This document shows positions 21,627 to 29,850 of a stretch of DNA of 64,000 nt, one piece after another. The notes beneath the pieces are model-generated. The model was given only the letters and a program-made list of their open reading frames with translations, was not told the origin of the DNA and did not search any database. A program made the position numbers and the translations under genes. The stretch lies in NCBI GenBank assembly GCA_050873265.1, contig JBNMIL010000001.1, positions 1,606 to 65,605 on the forward strand. The letters run 5' to 3'. Numbering within the stretch: the stretch's first letter is position 1; every line of letters starts with the position of its first letter. This DNA comes from Angelakisella sp. (GTDB lineage: Bacteria > Bacillota > Clostridia > Oscillospirales > Ruminococcaceae).

Positions 21627-22082
21627 ATGGCATTTTTCGATAATCTCGGCAAGAAGATCTCCGCGGCGGCAGGCACCGCTGCCGATAAGGCAAAGGATCT
21701 CAGTGAGATCGCCAAGCTCAAGGCGGAGATCCTCGGCGTTCAGTCCGATATCAATTCCGCAATGCTGGATCTGGGACGCAAGACCTACGAGCAGAACAAG
21801 GGCAACTCGGAAGCGCCCCTTGCCGAAGAGTGCGCCAAGATCACCGGTCTCTACGAGCAGATCGAGGCTCTGCGTGCCCGCATCGCGCTGGTCAAGGCGG
21901 ATAACAGCACCGAGACCGACTGCGTCGTTAATCTGGAGGAGACCCCTGCTCCCGAAGTCTCCGCCGAGCAGCCTGCTGAGGAGGAAGCTCCCGCCGCAGC
22001 CGCTGCACCCGTTTGTCCCGCCTGCGGCGAGCCTATGGAAAACGGCGCTGCTTTCTGCTCCAAGTGCGGCACCAAGCTGTAA
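21627..22082 (+). CDS. zinc-ribbon domain protein
   Basis: AAGGAGG RBS; helical N-terminus, Ala/Pro/Glu linker, CPAC...CSKC. Confidence 0.82.
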   Translation: MAFFDNLGKKISAAAGTAADKAKDLSEIAKLKAEILGVQSDINSAMLDLGRKTYEQNKGNSEAPLAEECAKITGLYEQIEALRARIALVKADNSTETDCVVNLEETPAPEVSAEQPAEEEAPAAAAAPVCPACGEPMENGAAFCSKCGTKL

Positions 22083-22103
22083 AGATAACGGAGGGATCAT
22101 TCC

Positions 22104-22550
22104 ATGATGGAAGACCGACAAAATACCCCTCTTGACGGCAGCAGCGAAGATCTCCTGTCGGATATCCCCGCCGCCGTGGTCGCTGGGAACGAGGAACACA
22201 CCGCCCCGCCCGTCGGGACCGCTTCCCCCTCCCCCGCCGAACCACAGCAGGAAGAACCCCCGCAGGAGGAAAAGAAGCCCCGCAAAGCCCCGCCCGATAC
22301 CTCCGTCATGAAGGTCAGTTCCTTTATGGGCGCTTTGGTGCTGCTCGCTATCCCCATCGTCAATTTCGTCTGTGCCATCAAGTGGATCTTCCGGCGGGGC
22401 AATAACCGCAACCGCCGCAATCTTGGCATCGCCGCCCTGCTGCTCCAACTCATCTTCATCGGGCTGGTTGTCGGTGGCTGCGTCATTGCCAAGTACCAGT
22501 TCAATTACGATGTCATTCAGCACCTGCTGGACTTCATCTTCCCCAAATAA
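22104..22550 (+). CDS. hypothetical membrane protein
   Basis: GGAGG RBS; disordered N-terminus then two TMs (LLAIPIVNFV...NRNRRNL). Confidence 0.75.
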   Translation: MMEDRQNTPLDGSSEDLLSDIPAAVVAGNEEHTAPPVGTASPSPAEPQQEEPPQEEKKPRKAPPDTSVMKVSSFMGALVLLAIPIVNFVCAIKWIFRRGNNRNRRNLGIAALLLQLIFIGLVVGGCVIAKYQFNYDVIQHLLDFIFPK

Positions 22551-22559
22551 GGAGCCGAT

Positions 22560-22784
22560 ATGGAAAAAGAAAAACTGGAACGCATCAGTCACCTTTCCCG
22601 CCTTGCGCGGGAGCGTGAGCTGACCGCGGAGGAACACAAGGAACGCATGGAGCTGCGCGGGCAGTATATTGCCGAAATGCGCCAAAGCCTCCAGCACACG
22701 CTGGATCATACCTATATCCAAAAGCCGGACGGCACGCGGGAAAAGCTGCGTCAGAAATCCGAAAAAAACAAGTTCCCCCAGTAA
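22560..22784 (+). CDS. DUF896 family protein
   Basis: LERISHLSRLARERELTAEEHKERMELRGQYI pattern. Confidence 0.85.
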   Translation: MEKEKLERISHLSRLARERELTAEEHKERMELRGQYIAEMRQSLQHTLDHTYIQKPDGTREKLRQKSEKNKFPQ

Positions 22785-22845
22785 AAGTCGAAGAAAGCCG
22801 CCCCAAGGCGGCTTTTCTCAAATCGAAAGGAGGTCTCTCCCCTAT

Positions 22846-23571
22846 ATGGACAGCAATATCGCGCGCCTTCAGCAGATGATCGACGAAAGCCGCCGCATCG
22901 TCTTTTTCGGCGGCGCCGGCGTCTCTACCGAAAGCGGTATCCCCGACTTCCGCTCCGTTGATGGGTTATATCATCAAAAGTTTGATTACCCGCCGGAAAC
23001 AATACTCAGCCACAGCTTTTTTGTCAGTCACACAGCGGAATTCTACGATTTTTACCGTCAGAAGATGATCTGCCTCACCGCAAAGCCCAATGCCGCCCAC
23101 CGCAAGCTGGCACAGCTGGAAGCCGCCGGCAAACTTACCGCCGTCGTCACGCAGAACATCGACGGTCTGCACCAGATGGCAGGCAGCAAAAAGGTGCTGG
23201 AGCTGCACGGCAGCGTCCACCGCAACTATTGCCAGAAGTGCCGCAAATGCTATTCGGCAGAGGATATCCTCGCTTCGACCGGTATCCCCCGCTGCACCTG
23301 CGGCGGACTTATCAAGCCCGATGTCGTCCTCTACGAGGAGCAGCTTGACAGCGATACCATCGATGAAAGCCTGCGCTGCATCTCCTCGGCGGATATGCTC
23401 ATTATCGCGGGCACCTCGCTTACCGTTTATCCCGCCGCCTCCCTCGTCCACTATTTCCACGGCAAATACCTGGTGCTCATCAACCGTGACCCCACCCCAA
23501 TGGACGATAAGACCTCCCTTACCCTGCATGGCAAGGTCGGTGAGGTCCTCTCGCAGATCACTGTCCGCTGA
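22846..23571 (+). CDS. cobB: NAD-dependent protein deacylase (sirtuin)
   Basis: GGAGVSTESGIPDFRS, TQNIDGLH, ELHG, KPDVVLY, GTSL. Confidence 0.96.
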   Translation: MDSNIARLQQMIDESRRIVFFGGAGVSTESGIPDFRSVDGLYHQKFDYPPETILSHSFFVSHTAEFYDFYRQKMICLTAKPNAAHRKLAQLEAAGKLTAVVTQNIDGLHQMAGSKKVLELHGSVHRNYCQKCRKCYSAEDILASTGIPRCTCGGLIKPDVVLYEEQLDSDTIDESLRCISSADMLIIAGTSLTVYPAASLVHYFHGKYLVLINRDPTPMDDKTSLTLHGKVGEVLSQITVR

Positions 23572-23626
23572 AGCCCTCATCTGCAAAAAAGTCCCCGCTC
23601 CTCTCAAGGAAGAACGGGGGCTTATT

Positions 23627-24142
23627 TTATTCGATCGTACTCACCGGTACACGGTCATCGGTCACCACACTGCCGTCCCGCAGGCTGATACAGGGGCTGA
23701 AGCTCACACTGTCCTCGCCCTGCTTCAGCTCCACCGCCACATTGCTCATGATGTCGCTCTCATTGCACATCACCAGCACAGCGCCGTTATACACGGTACC
23801 GTTTTCACTTTTCACGGCATTGGCGCTCTCGTCCATCTCCACCGCGTACAGGGTCACGCTCTCACCCTCAAACCGCGGAATGACGGCGTAGGCTTCGCTG
23901 CCGCCCATCTCTGCCACCGGCAGGTCTTTCAGCGCCTCGGGCAGCTCCGCTTTCATGGCATCGGCGCTTTCGTAGTACCCAAGATAAACCACCGTTCCCA
24001 GCGCGTCGGCAGGGGCTTCGCCCTTCGTCAGCGTACTGTACAGCGTCGTTTCGGCAGGCTCTGCGGGCGCTTTGCCGCCGCAGGCGGTCAGTGCCGTCAG
24101 CAGCAGTACCACCGCCAACAGCAGACTAATCGTTTTCTTCAT
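23627..24142 (-). CDS. hypothetical lipoprotein
   Basis: MKK signal peptide with LTAC lipobox; acidic mature region. Confidence 0.8.
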   Translation of the reverse strand: MKKTISLLLAVVLLLTALTACGGKAPAEPAETTLYSTLTKGEAPADALGTVVYLGYYESADAMKAELPEALKDLPVAEMGGSEAYAVIPRFEGESVTLYAVEMDESANAVKSENGTVYNGAVLVMCNESDIMSNVAVELKQGEDSVSFSPCISLRDGSVVTDDRVPVSTIE

Positions 24143-24860
24143 TATCGGTCTCCTCCATTGCTTCTTTTTTTGCCAGCTCTTCATTTTCCTTGCGGCAGAT
24201 GTGGCGGTACACCAGAATACCGCCCAGACTGATCAGCAGCGTCACCGCGAATACCGCCGCCGCAAAGACATAGTTTCTCTCCCCCAGCGCATTGCCGCCG
24301 ATGGTCGAGGTGATGATACTCGGGATCCTTGCCACCAGCGAGATCCACAGCCAATCCCGCATTCGCAGGTTGGTCAGTCCCACCGCGTAGCACAGCAGGT
24401 CCTTCGGCGTACCGGGGATCATGAATACGATAAAGACCAGCAGCTCCAGCCGACGGCTGTCCTGCATAAAGCGCAGGGACATGATCTTTTCCCGTGGAAA
24501 AAAAACCTCCACCAGCTTTACGCCGTAGCGCCGCACCAGCAGCACCACAATAGCGCCGCCCAGCACCGCGCCGATAAGGCACAGAATCGTGCCCTCCACC
24601 GCGCCAAAGGCGTAGCCCGCGCCGATCTCCAGCGGCTCGCCGGGGATAATGGCTACAATGATCTGGAAGATCACCATGCCGATAAAGGCAAGCCGTCCCC
24701 AGATGCCGTGACTGTCCACCCACAGGCGGAATTTTTCCGGCTCCGAGACGAAGCGCAGCATCGGACGCCCGACAAACCAGCACAGCAGCCCCATAAAGAC
24801 CACCAAGCCGATTATGGCGGCAATGCCCCATATTTTCTTTTGTCGGTCCGTCATCTGCAT
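24126..24860 (-). CDS. TVP38/TMEM64 (DedA/VTT) family membrane protein
   Basis: QIIVAIIPGEP, AGYAFG, IPGTPKDLLCY motifs. Confidence 0.9.
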   Translation of the reverse strand: MQMTDRQKKIWGIAAIIGLVVFMGLLCWFVGRPMLRFVSEPEKFRLWVDSHGIWGRLAFIGMVIFQIIVAIIPGEPLEIGAGYAFGAVEGTILCLIGAVLGGAIVVLLVRRYGVKLVEVFFPREKIMSLRFMQDSRRLELLVFIVFMIPGTPKDLLCYAVGLTNLRMRDWLWISLVARIPSIITSTIGGNALGERNYVFAAAVFAVTLLISLGGILVYRHICRKENEELAKKEAMEETDNEEND

Positions 24861-24951
24861 TTATCCTGCCCTCTTGTCCCGTAATATCGTATCACAAGGA
24901 TAACCCATTTGGGGAAAAGCTGCAATAAACAAGTCTTGAAGAATTCCTTAA

Positions 24952-25083
24952 TTATTTCTTACGGAACACTCTGTTCAACAGCGCCGTAAACAATATGATG
25001 ATTCCGATGACCAGAAAAATGCCCAGCATGCCGGAAACAAGGTAATGGAAGTTGCTCAAAAATGCGCCCGGATTAAAGTTCAT
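24952..25083 (-). CDS. OadG-like small single-TM subunit (43 aa)
   Basis: Below track cutoff. Manual translation MNFNPGAFLSNFHYLVSGMLGIFLVIGIIILFTALLNRVFRKK, AAGGGG RBS, directly after oadB; GMLGIFLV resembles the decarboxylase gamma/delta TM. Confidence 0.75.
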   Translation of the reverse strand: MNFNPGAFLSNFHYLVSGMLGIFLVIGIIILFTALLNRVFRKK

Positions 25084-25102
25084 ATGCGTTACCCCCTTAT
25101 GC

Positions 25103-26242
25103 TTACAGGAAGAAGTTGAGGATCAAACCGCCCGCGACCACGGAAGCGATCTGCCCCGAAACATTGACGCCGATCGCCTGCATCAGCAGGTAGTTCTGCT
25201 TATCCTCCGCCAGACCCAGCTTATGCACCACACGGCCGCTCATGGGGAATGCCGAAATGCCGGCAGCGCCGATCATGGGATTGATCTTGGTCTTGAGGAA
25301 CAGGTTGAGGAATTTGGCAAACAGTACGCCGCCCGCGGTATCAAAGATGAACGCGACCAGACCAAGGCAGAGAATGAGCAGCGTCTCGGGCTTCAGGAAC
25401 TGCTCCGCCTGCATATTGGCGGCAATGGTAATGCCCAGAAAGATGGTAACAAGGTTCGCCAGCACATGCTGGGCGGTATCGCTCAGGGAGTTCAGCACGC
25501 CGCACTCGCGGATCAGGTTGCCGAACATCAAAAAGCCGATAAGCGCGACCGAGGTAGGGGCAATAATGCCCGCCACGATGGTCACCATGATTGGGAACAG
25601 GATACGGGTGGTTTTGCTGATCTCCACCTGCTTATAGGGCATGCGGATCAGCCGTTCCTTGTGGGTGGTCAGCGCCTTGATGACCGGCGGCTGAATGATA
25701 GGCACCAGCGCCATATAGGAATACGCCGCCACCATGATCGCGCCCTGATACTTGGAGCCCAGCATCTGAGAAACAAAGATGGAGGTCGGACCGTCCGCCG
25801 CGCCGATGACCGCGATGGAAGCCGCGTCATTGGTGCCGAAGAACATGGAAGCCGCACAGAAGGTCAGGAAAATACCGAACTGCGCCGCCGCGCCGAAGAT
25901 CATCAGCTTGGGATTGCTCAATACGGGGCCAAAGTCGATCATCGCGCCAATGCCGATGAACAGGATCAGCGGGAACAGCTCATTGGCGATACCGGCATTG
26001 AACAGGGTGGTCAGCGCCCCCTCCGTCACCTGCCCGTTCGCGCTCACCTGGTCAATAGCGCCGGAAAGCGGGATATTGACCAGAATGGTGCCAAAGCCCA
26101 GCGGCAGCAGCAGCGTCGGCTCCATATCCTTGGCGATCGCCAGATAAATAAGCAGACCGCCGATGAGCCACATGACCCAGTAGCGCCAATCGCTCAGCGC
26201 CGCCACATTCACAAACAGGCTGCCGATTTCTTCAAAAATCAT
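25103..26242 (-). CDS. oadB: sodium ion-translocating decarboxylase beta subunit
   Basis: EPTLLLPLGFG, FIGIGAMIDFGP, AAAQFGIF, IGAADGPTSIF, AAYSYMALVPIIQPP, GAAGISAFP, NVSGQI. Confidence 0.95.
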   Translation of the reverse strand: MIFEEIGSLFVNVAALSDWRYWVMWLIGGLLIYLAIAKDMEPTLLLPLGFGTILVNIPLSGAIDQVSANGQVTEGALTTLFNAGIANELFPLILFIGIGAMIDFGPVLSNPKLMIFGAAAQFGIFLTFCAASMFFGTNDAASIAVIGAADGPTSIFVSQMLGSKYQGAIMVAAYSYMALVPIIQPPVIKALTTHKERLIRMPYKQVEISKTTRILFPIMVTIVAGIIAPTSVALIGFLMFGNLIRECGVLNSLSDTAQHVLANLVTIFLGITIAANMQAEQFLKPETLLILCLGLVAFIFDTAGGVLFAKFLNLFLKTKINPMIGAAGISAFPMSGRVVHKLGLAEDKQNYLLMQAIGVNVSGQIASVVAGGLILNFFL

Positions 26243-26280
26243 AGTCAGTCACCTCATGCATATTATTTACACTTAAACAT

Positions 26281-26328
26281 AAAAAAGACTTTTACAAAAG
26301 CCCCCAAAAGAGCCTTTGTAAAAGTCTT
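26281..26328 (-). terminator. intrinsic terminator forming the riboswitch expression platform
   Basis: AAGACTTTTACAAA...TTTGTAAAAGTCTT stem plus U-tract; its 5' arm is the 3' strand of aptamer P1. Confidence 0.85.
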
Positions 26329-26431
26329 GTTCTAAACACATGGTGTTTACGGACGGTACGAGCGCCTAGGCGCTGGGATGACGATACCGCCCAACGCAGC
26401 CCATGGGACTGCGCAAACTACTCCCCTTTAC
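26318..26431 (-). ncRNA. yybP-ykoY (Mn2+-sensing) riboswitch
   Basis: Minus strand: GUAAAGGGGAGUAG; P2 GCGCAGUCC/GGGCUGCGU; P3 GGGCGGUA-UCGUCAUCCC-AGCGCC/GGCGCU-CG-UACCGUCC; P4 UAAACAC/GUGUUUA; then CAAGACUUUUAC. All four stems and both conserved loops are present. Confidence 0.92.
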
Positions 26432-26438
26432 GCGGTTT

Positions 26439-26467
26439 ATTATATTATGCCGTTTCGGATTTGTCAA
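26439..26467 (-). promoter_or_regulatory. consensus sigma-A promoter of riboswitch-oadB-oadG
   Basis: Perfect TTGACA-17 bp-TATAAT, ~7 nt upstream of the aptamer. Confidence 0.85.
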
Positions 26468-26488
26468 TCCGTTAGTTTCGGCTAAACC

Positions 26489-27064
26489 TCAGCCCAGAAT
26501 TCCCAGGTGTTCCAGCAGCACCTTACAGCCGATCAGAATAAGGATAATACCGCCGGTCAGCGATGCCTTGTCCTTATATTTTGCGCCAAAACGGTTGCCG
26601 ATAAACACACCCAGCGCGGAAATGATAAAGGTCGTGCAGCCGATCAAACCGGAAGCCTTTCCGATATTGACCGAGAGGAACGCAAAGGTGATGCCCATGG
26701 CAAGAGCGTCTATGCTGGTCGCCACCGCCATCAGGAACAGCTCCTTCAGGTCTAATCGCTCATTGGCAAATTCTTCCTCTTCCTTGCCGTCCTCGTGCAG
26801 GGTGTCCCATATCATCTTGCCGCCGATGAACAGCAGCAGAATAAAGGCGATCCAGTGGTCAAAGCGGGTAATATATTGTGCAAAACGACTTCCCAGCAGC
26901 CAGCCCAAAAAGGGCATCAGCGCCTGAAACCCGCCGAAGAACAGCGCAATAATAAAGGTGTGCCGGTAGTTGATGCGCCGCATGCCCAGTCCCTTGCAGA
27001 TCGCCACGGCAAAGGCGTCCATCGAAAGCCCGACACCGATAAGCAGGATCTCTATTGTACTCAA
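26489..27064 (-). CDS. mntP: manganese efflux pump MntP
   Basis: GLSMDAFAV, FQALMP, DHWIAF, ATSIDALAMG; six TMs; TTG start. Confidence 0.94.
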   Translation of the reverse strand: MSTIEILLIGVGLSMDAFAVAICKGLGMRRINYRHTFIIALFFGGFQALMPFLGWLLGSRFAQYITRFDHWIAFILLLFIGGKMIWDTLHEDGKEEEEFANERLDLKELFLMAVATSIDALAMGITFAFLSVNIGKASGLIGCTTFIISALGVFIGNRFGAKYKDKASLTGGIILILIGCKVLLEHLGILG

Positions 27065-27102
27065 GCTTTCACCCCGCTAAAAGTTGATAAGGTAACCCGA
27101 TG

Positions 27103-27131
27103 ATTGTAGCACATCATGGAGCGCCTGTCAA
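27103..27131 (-). promoter_or_regulatory. sigma-A promoter of mntP
   Basis: TTGACA-17 bp-TACAAT, ~40 nt before the start; no room for a riboswitch. Confidence 0.75.
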
Positions 27132-27137
27132 ACAGAT

Positions 27138-27377
27138 TTATTTTTCGCCGTTCTCCGCCGCATTCTGCCGGTACCAGTCCCACAGGGTCTGCGGGGTAGC
27201 CATCGCTTCCCGCGGGATACGAGCCACCGAGACCGTTTCGCCGGCAGCTTCCAGCTCCTCCTCCAGCAGCACCAGCGCCAGCGAATCCAGATAGCCGCTT
27301 TGCAGCAGCTCGGTCTCCCCTGTCAGGGGACGGTCGCAGGCACGGCTCAGCATTGCCAGCAGCTTTTCGCTTGTCAT
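27138..27377 (-). CDS. phosphopantetheine carrier protein (DltC/ACP-like)
   Basis: 79 aa; LLQSGYLDSLALVLL contains the DS attachment site; ATP helix near the C-terminus. Confidence 0.85.
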   Translation of the reverse strand: MTSEKLLAMLSRACDRPLTGETELLQSGYLDSLALVLLEEELEAAGETVSVARIPREAMATPQTLWDWYRQNAAENGEK

Positions 27378-27401
27378 CTTCTCTTTTCTCTCCCTCCAAA
27401 A

Positions 27402-27417
27402 TGTTTCACGTGAAACA
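27402..27417. promoter_or_regulatory. parS site (ParB/Spo0J binding)
   Basis: Exact TGTTTCACGTGAAACA palindrome, within a 22-bp perfect palindrome at 27399-27420. Confidence 0.88.
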
Positions 27418-27452
27418 TTTGTTCTCGTTTGTTTATTCCGGTTCAGTGTGTT

Positions 27453-28847
27453 CTATTCGCCGGTCGGTGTCGGGCTCTCCCCCAGCAGCGCTGCCTTCCT
27501 GCGGTCCATCTTGCCATTTACCGTCATGGGCAGTGCCTCAAGGAAAACGATCTGTCTTGGGATCATGTAGTCAGGCAGGGTGCGGCGCAGCGCTTCCCGC
27601 AGGGTCTCCTCATCGGTCGTTCCGTCGGTCGCTACCAGCGCCTTCAGCGCAATGACACGCCCCAAACGGTCACAGCGGGGCAGCACCACCGCCTGCCGCA
27701 CGCCGGTTTGTGCGATCAGCGCCGCCTCAATTTCCACCGGCTCAATGCGGTAGCCCTTGTACTTGATCTGATCGTCGCAGCGTCCGCAGTACCATAAATA
27801 ACCATTCTCAAAATAACCAAGATCGCCGGTCATAAAACTGCCGTCAAAGCGTTCCCCGTTCAGGTAGCCTGCCGCGACGCTTTGCCCCTTTAGGCAAATC
27901 CGGTTTTCGACAGATATGGTAATATTTACCGCTTCTCCACCATCTCTGCCGATGGGCAGGGTCTCCCCCGCTGCCAGCTCCGGCGTGATCTCCGCCGCGC
28001 TGACGGCGCAGGTCGCCTCGGTGGGGCCGTAGGCATTGATGACCCGCAGCCCGGGAAAGCGCTGCCACAGCCGCCGTACCGTGCCGCCGCGCAGCGGCTC
28101 CCCGCAAAAAAATACGGTTTGCAGGCAGGGCAATGCCTGCGCCGCAAAGTGTTCGTCCAGCAGGCAGTAATCGGCATGGGAGGGCGTCATGACCGCCAGC
28201 TCCGCGCGACTGCCGCAGGCAGAAAGCGGTACGCCCTCCGGCGGCAGCTCCAGTGTACAACCGGTATATAGTGTATAGTATAGATCCGCGACCGAAAGAT
28301 CGAAGCTGAACTGCGCCTGATTGAGGACCGCGTGCGGATATATTCCGGCAACTGCCGGAAGGTCGGTAAACCAACCGATGAAATTTTCCAGATTGCCGTA
28401 AGTGACCATAACGCCCTTCGGCGTACCGGTGCTGCCGGAGGTAAAGAGGATATAAGCAACGTCCTCCTCCGCGACCGGCGGCAAAGCAAAATAAGCAGCT
28501 CCCTGCCGCGGCACGGCAAGGCAGGGCACGCCATTCTGTATCTCCCCGGGGAGTGGAGACAAGGCGACTGCCGTTTTAGCGCCCGACGCCGCCAGCATTG
28601 TCTTTATGCGGGCAGGCGGAATATGTGCCCCTGTCGGAATATAGGGACGACCTGCCCACAGGCAGCCCACAATGGCAATGACATATTCCGGCGACTTTTC
28701 CCCATAGATCAGCACCGGTTCCCTGCCGCCTGCCAATGCAGCCGCCAGCGCCGAGGCACGGGCGTGCAGCTCCTGCCAGCTTAATATCCGCTCCCCCATG
28801 CGGCAACAGATGCCGCCGTGATGGGCAAAGCTGCGTTCCCTTAGCAT
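27453..28847 (-). CDS. adenylation enzyme, DltA-like (amino acid--carrier protein ligase)
   Basis: YILFTSGSTGTPKGV, NQAQFSFDLSV, FFCGEPL, NAYGPTEAT, TGDLG, QIKYKGYRIE, LPMTVNGKMDR. Confidence 0.88.
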   Translation of the reverse strand: MLRERSFAHHGGICCRMGERILSWQELHARASALAAALAGGREPVLIYGEKSPEYVIAIVGCLWAGRPYIPTGAHIPPARIKTMLAASGAKTAVALSPLPGEIQNGVPCLAVPRQGAAYFALPPVAEEDVAYILFTSGSTGTPKGVMVTYGNLENFIGWFTDLPAVAGIYPHAVLNQAQFSFDLSVADLYYTLYTGCTLELPPEGVPLSACGSRAELAVMTPSHADYCLLDEHFAAQALPCLQTVFFCGEPLRGGTVRRLWQRFPGLRVINAYGPTEATCAVSAAEITPELAAGETLPIGRDGGEAVNITISVENRICLKGQSVAAGYLNGERFDGSFMTGDLGYFENGYLWYCGRCDDQIKYKGYRIEPVEIEAALIAQTGVRQAVVLPRCDRLGRVIALKALVATDGTTDEETLREALRRTLPDYMIPRQIVFLEALPMTVNGKMDRRKAALLGESPTPTGE

Positions 28848-29677
28848 AAGGTCTCCTCCCTCAGCTGCTCCCGTGGGATCAGGGCAGGATCATACATAAC
28901 TTTAGAGTGATTGACCAGCAGCAGCTCTCTGTCAAGTTCATTGCCTTCACAGTCATATTTCACACGGTAAATACGGCTGCAGCGGTAATAGCTGCCGTCC
29001 GCTTCCCTTTGGAAGTGGTGATCCTCCTCCAAAATGCGCCAACGGTACGGAAAGCTGTGCTCCGCGCGCAGCTCGCCGCACAGGTCGTGCTCCTCCTGCC
29101 AGATGAGGAGCTGTACGGGCGTATCGGTATCGTTGCGGAAGCGGTAATCGACATTCTTGTAAAAAATGCTGGTGCCGGTGCCAAAGGGGACCCGTCTGCC
29201 GCTATCGGGGAACAGGGCATCGGTGTGGTGATGCAGCTCGGTGACGGTAAGCGGACTGTTGAGCACCATCCAGTGTATGAGGTTTGCCAGCTGGCACAGT
29301 CCGCCGCCGGTCTCGGCGCCCAATCGCCCCGCCCCGATAGTAAGTCCCGAAAGATATCCCTTTTTCGCGGTCGTTCTGCCCACCGTATGCCAAAAGGAAA
29401 AGGTCTCTCCGGGTGCGACGATCAATCCGTTGATGTGCTCCCCCGCCAGACGCAGATTCGTTTCCTTATTATACTGGAGCTGCATATCCACACCGCGAAG
29501 CTCCCGCAGCATAGGGGAACGGTGTCCCTTTAGGAGCGCGGGCAGCGGCGCTGTTTCCCGACGCTCTGCAAAGCGTACCGAGGAAACCAGATCCCGCATA
29601 TTCCGCAGCAGGATCTCCTTTTCCACCGAAATGCGGTAGCAAAGGGGGCTGATCTCGCAAAATAGCTTCCTTGCCAT
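28841..29677 (-). CDS. VanW family protein
   Basis: PGETFSFWHTVG, GGGLCQLAN, TELHHH, RVPFGTG, VDYRFRN; stop overlaps the DltA-like start. Confidence 0.88.
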   Translation of the reverse strand: MARKLFCEISPLCYRISVEKEILLRNMRDLVSSVRFAERRETAPLPALLKGHRSPMLRELRGVDMQLQYNKETNLRLAGEHINGLIVAPGETFSFWHTVGRTTAKKGYLSGLTIGAGRLGAETGGGLCQLANLIHWMVLNSPLTVTELHHHTDALFPDSGRRVPFGTGTSIFYKNVDYRFRNDTDTPVQLLIWQEEHDLCGELRAEHSFPYRWRILEEDHHFQREADGSYYRCSRIYRVKYDCEGNELDRELLLVNHSKVMYDPALIPREQLREETLC

Positions 29678-29704
29678 ATTCTTTCTCTCCTTTCGAGTAC
29701 CCAT

Positions 29705-29768
29705 ATTCTACACGGAGCCTATGACATTTGCAATAGATTTTACCAAGTCTTAATGGATTTTAGTAAGA
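29705..29768 (-). promoter_or_regulatory. vanW-operon promoter with upstream direct repeat
   Basis: TTGCAA-17 bp-TAGAAT (29733-29705); GATTTTACCAAG (29736) and GATTTTAGTAAG (29756) repeats abut the -35. Confidence 0.55.
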
Positions 29769-29850
29769 AAGCGTCCAAAGCCCTTTTCTTTTGTCGCAAA
29801 ATGCGCTAAAATACAAAAAGGTCATTTTCTATAATAAGGAGCATTTCCCC

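Noticed and set aside
27453-28847. NRPS biosynthetic cluster
   Set aside because: No condensation, thioesterase or tailoring genes; the motifs are DltA-like
28841-29677. vanW as evidence of vancomycin resistance
   Set aside because: No D-Ala-D-Lac/Ser ligase, vanH/X/Y or vanRS in the window; VanW alone does not confer resistance
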